Assembly (NCBI GenBank): GCA_964641295.1
Contig: CAZXNA010000003.1
Coordinates: forward strand, 1-63,992
Direction: 5' to 3'
Source of the DNA: an uncultured Thermoanaerobaculia bacterium
GTDB taxonomy: Bacteria > Acidobacteriota > Thermoanaerobaculia > Thermoanaerobaculales > Sulfomarinibacteraceae
DNA: 63,992 nucleotides
Position numbers and translations under genes: made by a program. Shown here piece after piece: positions 54,928 through 63,992 of this stretch. The notes under the pieces were generated by a model. The model saw nothing but the letters and a program-made list of their open reading frames with translations, was not told the origin of the DNA and ran no database searches. Positions within the stretch are counted from its first letter, which is position 1. Every line of letters starts with the position of its first letter.

Positions 54928-55257
54928 GTGCAGCTCCTGGCGATCATCGTGCATCACGAGGAGGTGCTCGGCGAGGTGCTCTCCACCTTGGTCGAGCAGG
55001 AGCTGCCCGACGCCGTGGTGGTGGAGACCCGGACCGGGCTGGGGCTCCTGGAGCGCGACCTCCCCATCTTCGCCGGTGTGAGGACGCTGGTTCCGGGAGG
55101 ACTGGACTTCTGCCGTCTGGTCCTCTGCCCCATCGAGGACGATGGTGCGGCCCGGGAGGCCCTGGAGGCGCTGGAATCCATCGCCGTTCCCGTGCTCCCT
55201 GGAGAGCCACGTACGACGGCCTTCCTGGTGCCGATCACCGCCATGCGGGACCTGTAG
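54928..55257 (+). CDS. PII-like small signalling protein
   Basis: 109 aa. LLAIIVHHEEVLGEVLSTLVEQELPDAVVVETRTG ... FCRLVLCPIEDDGAAREALEALESI ... TAFLVPI mirrors the GlnB beta-alpha-beta x2 layout. GTG directly abuts the EIIA stop. Confidence 0.45.
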   Translation: MQLLAIIVHHEEVLGEVLSTLVEQELPDAVVVETRTGLGLLERDLPIFAGVRTLVPGGLDFCRLVLCPIEDDGAAREALEALESIAVPVLPGEPRTTAFLVPITAMRDL

Positions 55258-55462
55258 TCCGCAGAGCTCACCGGCCTCCTGCCGCCACTGTGGAGATGCC
55301 CACCATTGCGGCATCTTCACCGACGGCGGCGCCTGGGGGTCACCTCGACCGTTCCCCGGAGGCCGCTTGGGCGGCACGCCAAACCGATGAGCGTCTACAC
55401 GCTCCTGCCAGGAGGTCCCGCGGAAGCTGGCGGTCTGGACTCGGGGCCGGAGGAAGCTCCCC

Positions 55463-56638
55463 ATGATGCCGGGCACGCTGGCCTTCGTCTTCCTGGTCCT
55501 GCTGGCCCTGTTGGGAACGGCGGCCCGGCGGTGGCTCGGACAGCACGAGCGGAGGGTGCCGGGGCTGCAGAGCCTCGTGACGGTGCTGGCAGGGGTTGTC
55601 ATGGGAAGGGCCGGGCTGGGACTCTTCCCGGAGAACCTCGTGGAGCTGCTGCGGCCGGTCATCCTCCTGGGGTTGGCCTGGATCGGGCTGCTGATCGGGC
55701 TCCAGTTCGATCTCCGCATCCTCCGCTCCCTCGAGCCCTGGCAGAGACGTGCGGGTTTCCTCATTCCCATGGCTGCCGGCGGCGCCACGGGCGCTGGGGC
55801 CCTGGCCGCTGGTTTCGACGGGCGCGTGGCGCTGCTGCTGGCCGCCATCGCAACGGTCAGCTCGCCGCGTCTCATCGACCATCTCTCCCGGACGCGGCCA
55901 CCGGTCGATCGCCTGGCCATGCGTCTGCTCCTGCTGGTCGCCTCCCTGAGCAGCGCTCCTGCCGTGCTGCTCTTCGGCGTCGGAAGCACCGTCATCACGT
56001 CGTCCGGTGAGACCTTCGGGCCGGCGGCCTCCCTGACCATCGGAATGGGTGTGGCGGTGATCTTCGGTTACGCCACCATCCTGCTGCTGCACGGAGAGAG
56101 AGAGGAGATCCACGTCCTGGCCCTCCTGGTGGGGGTCATGGCGCTGACGGCCGGCGCGGCCGTGCTGACGGGCGCCGAGCCCATGTTGATGGCGGCCATC
56201 ACCGGAGCGGTCATCGCCAACCGCTCCCGATTCCCCCACCGGATCCTCCGGGCGGCCCACGCCATCGAGACACCCATGTTGACGGCGATCCTGCTGCTGC
56301 TGGGGGCGTGGTGGCGTCCCTGCCTGCCCTCCCTCGCCGGTCTCCTCCTGCTGGTGTTGGTTCGAGATGCGGCCGTCCTGGGTGGGGGACGCGTGCTGGA
56401 AGGGTTAGCCGGAAGACGCCACGTGGTCGTCGAGGCGCGGCTCATGGGGACGGGCCTGTTGCCCCAGGGTCCCCTGGCGCTGGCGTTTCTCATGGCCTCG
56501 GTCCAGATGGGCCACGGGACGCCGGCCCTCGCCGGCGGCGTCTTCGCCGCCCTGGTCTTCAACCACCTTGCCGGGGGGTTCTGGACGCGGCGGGTGCTGT
56601 TCCGTCTGTCGGAGCCGGCCGGGGAGGGGTCATCGTGA
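55463..56638 (+). CDS. Cation:proton antiporter (CPA family) membrane protein
   Basis: 391 aa, about 11 TM segments. GLLIGLQFDLRIL and related Na_H_exchanger-like segments. Confidence 0.6.
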   Translation: MMPGTLAFVFLVLLALLGTAARRWLGQHERRVPGLQSLVTVLAGVVMGRAGLGLFPENLVELLRPVILLGLAWIGLLIGLQFDLRILRSLEPWQRRAGFLIPMAAGGATGAGALAAGFDGRVALLLAAIATVSSPRLIDHLSRTRPPVDRLAMRLLLLVASLSSAPAVLLFGVGSTVITSSGETFGPAASLTIGMGVAVIFGYATILLLHGEREEIHVLALLVGVMALTAGAAVLTGAEPMLMAAITGAVIANRSRFPHRILRAAHAIETPMLTAILLLLGAWWRPCLPSLAGLLLLVLVRDAAVLGGGRVLEGLAGRRHVVVEARLMGTGLLPQGPLALAFLMASVQMGHGTPALAGGVFAALVFNHLAGGFWTRRVLFRLSEPAGEGSS

Positions 56639-57951
56639 GGTGGTTCCTCCTGGCCGCCGTCGGCGCCCTGATCTGGCTGCTGCGGGCGGTTCCCGGCCCG
56701 GGATGGGTGGATCGCGACGCCTCGGCCCTGCTGGCACTGGGCATGATCATGATCGGCGGCGAGCTGGTGGGAGATCTGGCCCAGCGAGTCCGGCTGCCGC
56801 GGATCAGCGGTTACCTGATCCTGGGCATGGCGTTGGGGCCGTCCCTGACCGCCCTGGTCACACGGGGAGATCTCAACAGTCTGGTCCTCTTCGAGGAGCT
56901 GGCCCTCGGGCTGATCGCCCTGACGGCCGGCGGCGAGCTGCGGATGGAGGCTCTCCGGAAGGGATGGAGGTTGCTGGGCACCATCATCTTCAGCCACGCC
57001 GTGGGGATTGTCCTGGCCTCGTCGGTCCTTTTCTGGCTGATCCTCGGCCAGCTGCCCTTCCTCGGGGCGTTGACGCCGGCCCAGCGACTGGCGGCCGTGG
57101 CGCTCCTCGGGATCCTCGTCGTGGCAAACTCGCCGGCCACCACCATTGCCATCATCACCGAAACCCGCTCCCGGGGACCCCTGGTGGATACGGTGCTCGG
57201 CGTGACAGTGGTCAAGGATCTGATCATCCTCCTCCTCTTCACGTGGGTCAGCGGGATGGCCGCCGGGTGGGTCGGAGGCGGTGGCGTCGACCTAAAGGTC
57301 CTTGCCGCCCTGGGAACCGAGATGGTCCTCTCCCTCGTGGCCGGGACGGTTCTTGGCCTGGCCCTGGGCGCTTATCTGGACTACATGGGCTTTCACCCGG
57401 AGATCACCGTGCTGGCCCTCGTCCTGGTGTCCATGGAGTTGGCCCACACCTGGCATCTTGAGCACCTCCTGGTGACCATGGCCGCCGGGTTCATCGCCCG
57501 CAACGTCTTCCCCAGGGCTGCTACGGGCTTTCTCCACGCCCTGGAACGCTCGTCGCCCCCCATCTACGTGGTGTTCTTCGCGCTGGTCGGGGCCGGCCTC
57601 GATCTCGGCGTTTTCCGGATCGCCTGGGCCGGGGTCGCCGTCCTGGTTCTCGTCCGGCTGGTCCTGACCTGGGGTCTGACGGCGGCGCCGGCGATCCTCA
57701 TGAAGGCGCCGCATTCCGTGCGGCAACGGGCGTGGGTGGGATTCGTCGCCCAGGCCGGGTTGACCCTGGGCCTGGCGGGACGTATCGCCCGGGAGTTCCC
57801 CGGCTTCGGCGCGAAGCTGGCCGCCGTCATTGTCGGCGCCGTGGTCGTCAACCAGCTCGTTGGCCCCGTGCTCTGGCGCCACGCCCTCGTTGCTGCGGGC
57901 GAGGCCGGCCGTGCGGAAACGGAAAACCCCGGGCCAGCGGCCCGGGGTTGA
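56635..57951 (+). CDS. Cation:proton antiporter (CPA family)
   Basis: GTG 56635 overlaps the upstream stop. GELVGDLAQRVRLPRISGYLILGMALGPS, LALGLIALTAGGEL are typical CPA2 N-terminal motifs. Confidence 0.7.
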   Translation: MRWFLLAAVGALIWLLRAVPGPGWVDRDASALLALGMIMIGGELVGDLAQRVRLPRISGYLILGMALGPSLTALVTRGDLNSLVLFEELALGLIALTAGGELRMEALRKGWRLLGTIIFSHAVGIVLASSVLFWLILGQLPFLGALTPAQRLAAVALLGILVVANSPATTIAIITETRSRGPLVDTVLGVTVVKDLIILLLFTWVSGMAAGWVGGGGVDLKVLAALGTEMVLSLVAGTVLGLALGAYLDYMGFHPEITVLALVLVSMELAHTWHLEHLLVTMAAGFIARNVFPRAATGFLHALERSSPPIYVVFFALVGAGLDLGVFRIAWAGVAVLVLVRLVLTWGLTAAPAILMKAPHSVRQRAWVGFVAQAGLTLGLAGRIAREFPGFGAKLAAVIVGAVVVNQLVGPVLWRHALVAAGEAGRAETENPGPAARG

Positions 57952-57973
57952 GCGGTGTCACAACTCTCTCTGA

Positions 57974-59164
57974 CTACTGCACGCCGGCCATCAGGGTCAG
58001 GGCCGGGAAGGAGCCGTTGCACCCGGCGTCGTCACCGCTGAAGTTGGAACCGACGGCCGTCAGGGTGCCCACCAGGGAGCTGCCGGACTTGTTCAGGGTG
58101 AAGGTGAAGACCAGGTCACCGCCGGAGAAGCTGCCGTTGGCGGGGTAGTTGAGGTGGTAGCTGACGCCGGAGGCGTAGTCCGCCACGGGGTGGATGGCAA
58201 AGTCGTCCGAGAAGCCCGAACCGATGTCGAAGAGGACGGGGCAGTCGGACACCTGGTCCTGATCCTCGTCCTTCTCGTAATTGATCTCGATGCCGTTGAT
58301 TCCCGTGATGTTGCCGCCGGCAACGACGATGTTGCCCCCGCCGCTGGCGCCGATGGTGTCATAGACGGCGAACTGGTAGGTGCCGTCACCGCCTGCGGCG
58401 CCGCCGGCCCACCAGGCTTCGAGGGTCGTGCCGTCGGAGGAACCGTTGTCGTTCTTGGAGGCGACGACGATGGCGGAGCCCGAGCTCACGGCCGCGTGGA
58501 GGGTTCCGTTGTCGAAACTGCCCGCGCCAAGGTCGGTGACCTTCTTGTAGAGCGCGGCGTAGGGCGGGAGGGTGTAGCTCTTGGAGGCGACCGTGGTGCC
58601 CGAGCTGTCCATGAGCGTCACGTCCAGGGTCGTCGGGGACGACGAGGTGTTGACGGCGAAGATGTTGGAACGGAAGGTCCCAGGCGTATCACCGTTTGAG
58701 GTCAGACCGACGATGTCGGTGGGATTGCCCGGTGTAACGGCGACCGAGGCCGGAACGCCCTCGAGCCCCTGGCCGAAGGTGTCGGTTCCAGCCTTGTTGT
58801 ACACCCGGCAGTTGGCGATCACCTCACCTGTGGCGACGATGCGGAAGGCCCCGGCGGCGCTGGACTGGCCGAAGGTCCCCAGGATGACGTCCGGCAGGGT
58901 CAGGGTTTCGTTGGCCCCCAGGCTGAAGGTCGTGGGAACGGCCCCGGAGTTGTCCGTGTCCCGTGGCAGGAAGTAGATGTCGACGGATACCGTCGAGGTC
59001 CCCGGGTTAAAAACGAAGAGGTCCGTGTACCACTGGGAGCTGTTGGCTCCCGCCCCACGGGCCGCCGCCGGAACGTACAGCTCCGTGGATGGGTTGAGCG
59101 CCGCCGACGGCAGCGCGATGGCCAGGACCATGGCCAGAATCGTGAATGTCATTACTCGCCGCAT
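57974..59164 (-). CDS. Secreted hypothetical protein (paralogue of 17466..18404) with extra C-terminal domain
   Basis: Internal ATG 59164. Signal peptide MRRVMTFTILAMVLAIALPSAA. VPAAARGAGANSSQWYTDLFVFNP motif. Confidence 0.65.
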   Translation of the reverse strand: MRRVMTFTILAMVLAIALPSAALNPSTELYVPAAARGAGANSSQWYTDLFVFNPGTSTVSVDIYFLPRDTDNSGAVPTTFSLGANETLTLPDVILGTFGQSSAAGAFRIVATGEVIANCRVYNKAGTDTFGQGLEGVPASVAVTPGNPTDIVGLTSNGDTPGTFRSNIFAVNTSSSPTTLDVTLMDSSGTTVASKSYTLPPYAALYKKVTDLGAGSFDNGTLHAAVSSGSAIVVASKNDNGSSDGTTLEAWWAGGAAGGDGTYQFAVYDTIGASGGGNIVVAGGNITGINGIEINYEKDEDQDQVSDCPVLFDIGSGFSDDFAIHPVADYASGVSYHLNYPANGSFSGGDLVFTFTLNKSGSSLVGTLTAVGSNFSGDDAGCNGSFPALTLMAGVQ

Positions 59165-59500
59165 GTTATCCCCCTTGTGTCGTTCGCTCCGGCTCTCCCG
59201 AAGCCGATCTCCATGTTGCACCTCAGTGTACGACGTTCCGCGGCCCGGAGGGTTGACCCCGGTCACTCCGCAGGCTCTCCGGCCCCCACGGAGATGGCAC
59301 CTGCTACTGATGGCGGTCCATCACCGTGGAAACGGGGACCCGGGCCGGCGGCGTCAGATCGTTTCCCGCTTCACTCGACGGCGAGTATACCCTCGACTGC
59401 GTCTGGGTTCCCGTTCCCCTGCCCGTTGCATGGCCGGCGAACGGTGGAGCACGCGGAGGGACGCCTGGCCTGCCGGGTCCGGCTGAGCTACCATGCCCGG

Positions 59501-61162
59501 GTGACATACCAGGTTCTCGCCCGCTCCTGGAGGCCCCAGCGCTTCGCCGACATCCTCGGCCAGGAGGCCGTGGTCCGAACGCTCCAGAACGCCCTGAAAA
59601 CGGGCACCCTGGGCCACGCCTACCTGTTCTCGGGGCTTCGCGGCGTCGGGAAGACGACGGCGGCCCGGCTTCTGGCCAAGGCGGTCAACTGCGAGAAGGG
59701 CCCGGCCCCGGAGCCCTGTGGGGAATGCGTCTCCTGCCGCGAGGTGACGGCGGGGGCCAGCCTGGACGTGGTCGAAATCGATGCCGCCACCCACACGGGC
59801 GTCGACAACGTGCGGGAGCTCCAGGAGCTCCTCCGCTACCGGCCGACCCGGGACCGCTACCGCGTGCTGATCGTCGACGAGGTCCACATGCTCTCCAAGT
59901 CGGCCTTCAACTCCCTGCTCAAGAGCCTGGAAGAGCCGCCGCCGTACATCCTGTGGATCTTCGCCACCACCGAGCGGCACAAGGTGCCCGCGACCATCCT
60001 TTCCCGTTGCCAGCAGCTGGAGTTCCGGCCCCTGGGGGTCGGCCAGATCGCTGCGCACCTGAACCACATCGCCGAGGCCGAGGGCTTCCAGCTGAGCGCA
60101 GGCGCCGCCGAGGCCGTGGCGCGGGCCGCCGACGGCAGTGTCCGAGACGGCCTCTCGCTCCTGGATCAGCTCCGGGCCTTCTCCGGGGACGCCATCGACG
60201 AGGAGGCCGTCGCCGCGGTCCTCGGCGTGCCCCGGGCCGAGCGGATCGTCCGGCTGGTGGGGCACCTGGCCCGCGGCGAGGCCGCCGAGGGTCTGGCAAT
60301 CGTCCGGGAGGAGCTGGCCTCGGGCCACGATCCCGTCGTCCTCTACGAGGAGGTCGGGCGGACCCTGCGGCGGATGACCCACCTGGCGCTGGATCCCGAG
60401 CTCGAGCCGGGGCCCCAGGGGGAGCTGCGGCGCCTGCTGGAGGATGCCGCCCGGGGCGTTGACGTGGCGGGGCTGACCCGCATGCTCGGCCTGTGGCTCG
60501 AGCAACAGGGGTTGATCCGCGAGGGGATCAACCGGGAGCTCGGCCTCGAGGTGGCCTGCCTCCGCCTCTCCCGCTGGCCCTCTATCCGTGCGGTGGAGGC
60601 CCTGTTGGCCGGGGAGACGCCTCCCTCCGTTCCAGGGCCTCCGGCCTCTGGCCAGCGGCGGGCCGGGGGAAGCGGCGGTGGCCAAAGGGGCCCATCGGCA
60701 GCAACGGAGGGTCTTCTCCCTGCCCCGCCGGCCGGGAACCATCAACCGGCGCCGCCCCGCATCGACGCGGTCGATCCCAGCCCCCATGCGCCGGGCTCTC
60801 CCGGCCAGATCCTCAGCGAGGCGTTGTGGCCCGTCCGGCCCCGCATCGCGGCGGCCATCGATGCCGCCGAAGTGAACCTGACCGACGGGGAGCTCCGGCT
60901 GAAGTTTCCCGCCGACGCGGCGGGCCTTGCCGATTTCCTCCGGGAGGAGGAGATCCGGGGCCAGGTGGCCGAGGCCGCCCGGCGCCATCTTGAGGGCTTC
61001 CAGGGGCTAAGCATTGCCGTGGAGGGTGAGACGGCCGGCGGGAACGGCGGGAGCCGGGCCCTCAGGGAGCTGGCCGAGAGCGACGAGGGCGTCGCCATGG
61101 CCCGGCGGATCCTCGGCGGCACCATCCGGTCGGTCGTGCCGGACGACGGGGGCGACAAGTGA
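59501..61162 (+). CDS. dnaX: DNA polymerase III subunits gamma/tau
   Basis: GTG 59501. YQVLARSWRPQRFADILGQ, GLRGVGKTT, Zn module CEKGPAPEPCGECVSC, VDEVHML, SRCQ. Confidence 0.9.
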   Translation: MTYQVLARSWRPQRFADILGQEAVVRTLQNALKTGTLGHAYLFSGLRGVGKTTAARLLAKAVNCEKGPAPEPCGECVSCREVTAGASLDVVEIDAATHTGVDNVRELQELLRYRPTRDRYRVLIVDEVHMLSKSAFNSLLKSLEEPPPYILWIFATTERHKVPATILSRCQQLEFRPLGVGQIAAHLNHIAEAEGFQLSAGAAEAVARAADGSVRDGLSLLDQLRAFSGDAIDEEAVAAVLGVPRAERIVRLVGHLARGEAAEGLAIVREELASGHDPVVLYEEVGRTLRRMTHLALDPELEPGPQGELRRLLEDAARGVDVAGLTRMLGLWLEQQGLIREGINRELGLEVACLRLSRWPSIRAVEALLAGETPPSVPGPPASGQRRAGGSGGGQRGPSAATEGLLPAPPAGNHQPAPPRIDAVDPSPHAPGSPGQILSEALWPVRPRIAAAIDAAEVNLTDGELRLKFPADAAGLADFLREEEIRGQVAEAARRHLEGFQGLSIAVEGETAGGNGGSRALRELAESDEGVAMARRILGGTIRSVVPDDGGDK

Positions 61163-61761
61163 AGGAGCTCCGACCCGCGGCGGTCCGCGAGGTGCTCGCC
61201 CACCTGGAACGGCTCCCGGGGGTCGGCCCGCGCTCGGCCCAGCGGCTGGTGGAGCATCTCCTGACCTGCCCGCCCGACGAGCCCGTACGGCTTGGTGAGG
61301 CGCTGACGGCCCTGAGAGACCGTATCCGCCTTTGCTCCAGATGTTTCCTGCTGACGGAGGAGGACCCCTGTCCCGTCTGCTCGGATCCGGGGCGCGACCG
61401 CTCCATCATCCTGGTGGTGGAGTCGCCGACGACGGCCTGGTCCGTGGAGGCGACCGGTGAGTACAACGGCCTGTACCACGCCCTGCTGGGCCACCTCTCG
61501 CCCCTCCATGGCGTCGGTCCCGAAGATCTGAGAATCGAGGAGCTGCTCGACCGCGTGAAGGGCGGAGAGGTGCGGGAGGTCATCCTGGCCACGAACCCCA
61601 CCGTGGAGGGTGAGACAACGGCCCTCTACATCGCCCGGCGGCTCGAGCCCCTGGGTGTGGACATCAGTCAGCCGGCGTCGGGCATACCCGTCGGGGGCGA
61701 GGTGGGGGCCGTCGACCAGGTGACCCTGGCCCAGGCGCTCCAACTCCGCAGGCGGGTGTGA
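61159..61761 (+). CDS. recR: Recombination protein RecR
   Basis: LPGVGPRSAQRL HhH, CSRCF..C.VC zinc finger, Toprim ILVVESP...ATNPTVEGETTA. Confidence 0.95.
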   Translation: MKELRPAAVREVLAHLERLPGVGPRSAQRLVEHLLTCPPDEPVRLGEALTALRDRIRLCSRCFLLTEEDPCPVCSDPGRDRSIILVVESPTTAWSVEATGEYNGLYHALLGHLSPLHGVGPEDLRIEELLDRVKGGEVREVILATNPTVEGETTALYIARRLEPLGVDISQPASGIPVGGEVGAVDQVTLAQALQLRRRV

Positions 61762-61851
61762 GACATGCCACCTCCCGGAGGAACCCTTTCCCTTGCTCCC
61801 GGGATACAATTGTGTTAGAACGAGTTGGATGGAAGTGGGGAGGCTGCCGCT

Positions 61852-62340
61852 GTGGACTCCGGATTGGTGATGTATGAAGAAGAGTTCAACAAGATCAGTG
61901 CGGTCCTCAATCGCCTGAGGGTTGACGCCAGCGCCAAGATCGTGTTTCTCATCGACAAGAACGGTCAGCAGATCGCCGCTGCCGGTGAGATCGAGTATGT
62001 GGACACGACCTCCCTGGCCTCCCTGACCGCTGGCAACGTTGCCGCCACCGATGGGCTGGCCAAGCTGATCGGCGAGAAGGAGTTCTCCATCCTCTTCCAC
62101 GAGGGGAAGAAGGACAACATTCACATCTCCATCGTCGGGCAGCGCCTGATCCTCGTGGTCATCTTCGACGAGCGTTCCTCCCTGGGGCTCGTCCGGCTCC
62201 GGGTCCGCAAGGCGGCGGCCGAGCTGGAGCGCATCCTGGGTGAGATGGAGCAAAAGGCCCTCGAGGTCGGCGCAGAGGAGGCCGCTTCGCCCTTTGCCGA
62301 GATCACAGACGAAGATATCGACGCCCTGTTTTCAGAATGA
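61852..62340 (+). CDS. mglB: Roadblock/LC7 protein MglB (MglA GAP)
   Basis: [17 protein letters not shown]...[13 protein letters not shown]...[13 protein letters not shown], acidic tail. GTG 61852 has GGAGG 8 nt upstream (alternatives TTG 61825, ATG 61870). Overlaps the mglA start. Confidence 0.8.
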   Translation: MDSGLVMYEEEFNKISAVLNRLRVDASAKIVFLIDKNGQQIAAAGEIEYVDTTSLASLTAGNVAATDGLAKLIGEKEFSILFHEGKKDNIHISIVGQRLILVVIFDERSSLGLVRLRVRKAAAELERILGEMEQKALEVGAEEAASPFAEITDEDIDALFSE

Positions 62341-62921
62341 GCTTCATCAATTACGCCGCCCGTGAGATCAACGTCAAGATCGTCTACTACGGCCCTGGTC
62401 TCTGCGGGAAAACCACCAACCTCCAGTACATCTACGAGCGGTCCAACCCCCAGCAGAAAGGGAAGCTGATCTCCCTGGCCACGGAGACGGACCGCACCCT
62501 GTTCTTCGACTTCCTCCCCCTGGACCTGGGCTCGGTCCGCGGGTTCAAGACGCGCTTCCACCTGTACACGGTCCCGGGCCAGGTCTTCTACGACGCCAGC
62601 CGGAAGCTGATCCTCAAGGGCGTGGACGGCATCATCTTCGTGGCGGATTCCCAGGAGGTTCGCGAGGACGCCAACCTCGAGTCCCTCCATAACCTGGAAA
62701 TCAACCTCAAGGAAAACGGCTTCGACCTCAAGACCATCCCCTACGCACTTCAGCTCAACAAGCGCGACCTCCCGACGGCCATGCCCGTTGATCACATGTA
62801 CCGGCAGCTCAACTTCAAGGGGGAGCCGACCTTCGAGGCCATCGCCACCCAGGGGATGGGCGTCTTCGAGACCCTCAAGGCCGTCGCCAAACAGGTCCTC
62901 TACGAGCTTCGCCGCAAGTAG
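62337..62921 (+). CDS. mglA: Ras-like GTPase MglA
   Basis: [55 protein letters not shown]; 194 aa. Confidence 0.9.
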   Translation: MSFINYAAREINVKIVYYGPGLCGKTTNLQYIYERSNPQQKGKLISLATETDRTLFFDFLPLDLGSVRGFKTRFHLYTVPGQVFYDASRKLILKGVDGIIFVADSQEVREDANLESLHNLEINLKENGFDLKTIPYALQLNKRDLPTAMPVDHMYRQLNFKGEPTFEAIATQGMGVFETLKAVAKQVLYELRRK

Positions 62922-62923
62922 CC

Positions 62924-63992
<1,069 letters not shown>

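Noticed and set aside
59501-61162. Programmed ribosomal frameshift site in dnaX (gamma subunit production).
   Set aside because: I noticed no A-rich slippery heptamer (A AAA AAG type) or poly-A tract while reading this GC-rich gene. This cannot be excluded without a proper scan.

Overview
High-GC (roughly two-thirds G+C by eye) bacterial chromosomal window, densely coding. I call about 57 protein genes, one tRNA-Glu and one cobalamin riboswitch. I saw no transposase, integrase, CRISPR array or rRNA. Many long ORFs in the track are high-GC shadow frames. Real starts were often internal and were re-derived from signal peptides, SD sequences and 4-nt ATGA/GTGA overlaps. Most of the window is housekeeping: ppiD-like, ruvAB, cysK, pta-purD-purE, udk, tyrS, efp, deoC, dnaX-recR, glmU. 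Five regions stand out. (1) 18733..20907 is a single 724-aa ORF fusing an MglA-family GTPase to a GAF domain and a histidine-kinase core whose phospho-acceptor His is Ser. A near-consensus sigma-54 promoter lies one gene upstream. (2) 31147..38580 lies divergent from fur. A perfect TGTGA-N6-TCACA site precedes an OM beta-barrel, an MtrA/DmsE-like decahaem cytochrome and an 8-haem cytochrome. After a terminator come a cytochrome-bd-subunit-I-like membrane protein fused to two c-haem domains and a polytopic partner. Together these look like an atypical quinone-to-outer-membrane electron conduit. (3) 54430..57951 is an EIIA(Ntr), PII-like protein and two cation:proton antiporters in one tight operon. 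(4) A canonical mglB-mglA-yvcK cluster, a DUF4388 protein and an orphan MinD/ParA ATPase sit elsewhere in the window. (5) Two divergent paralogues of an uncharacterised secreted protein family are present. All calls come from reading translations and motifs; no database search was run.
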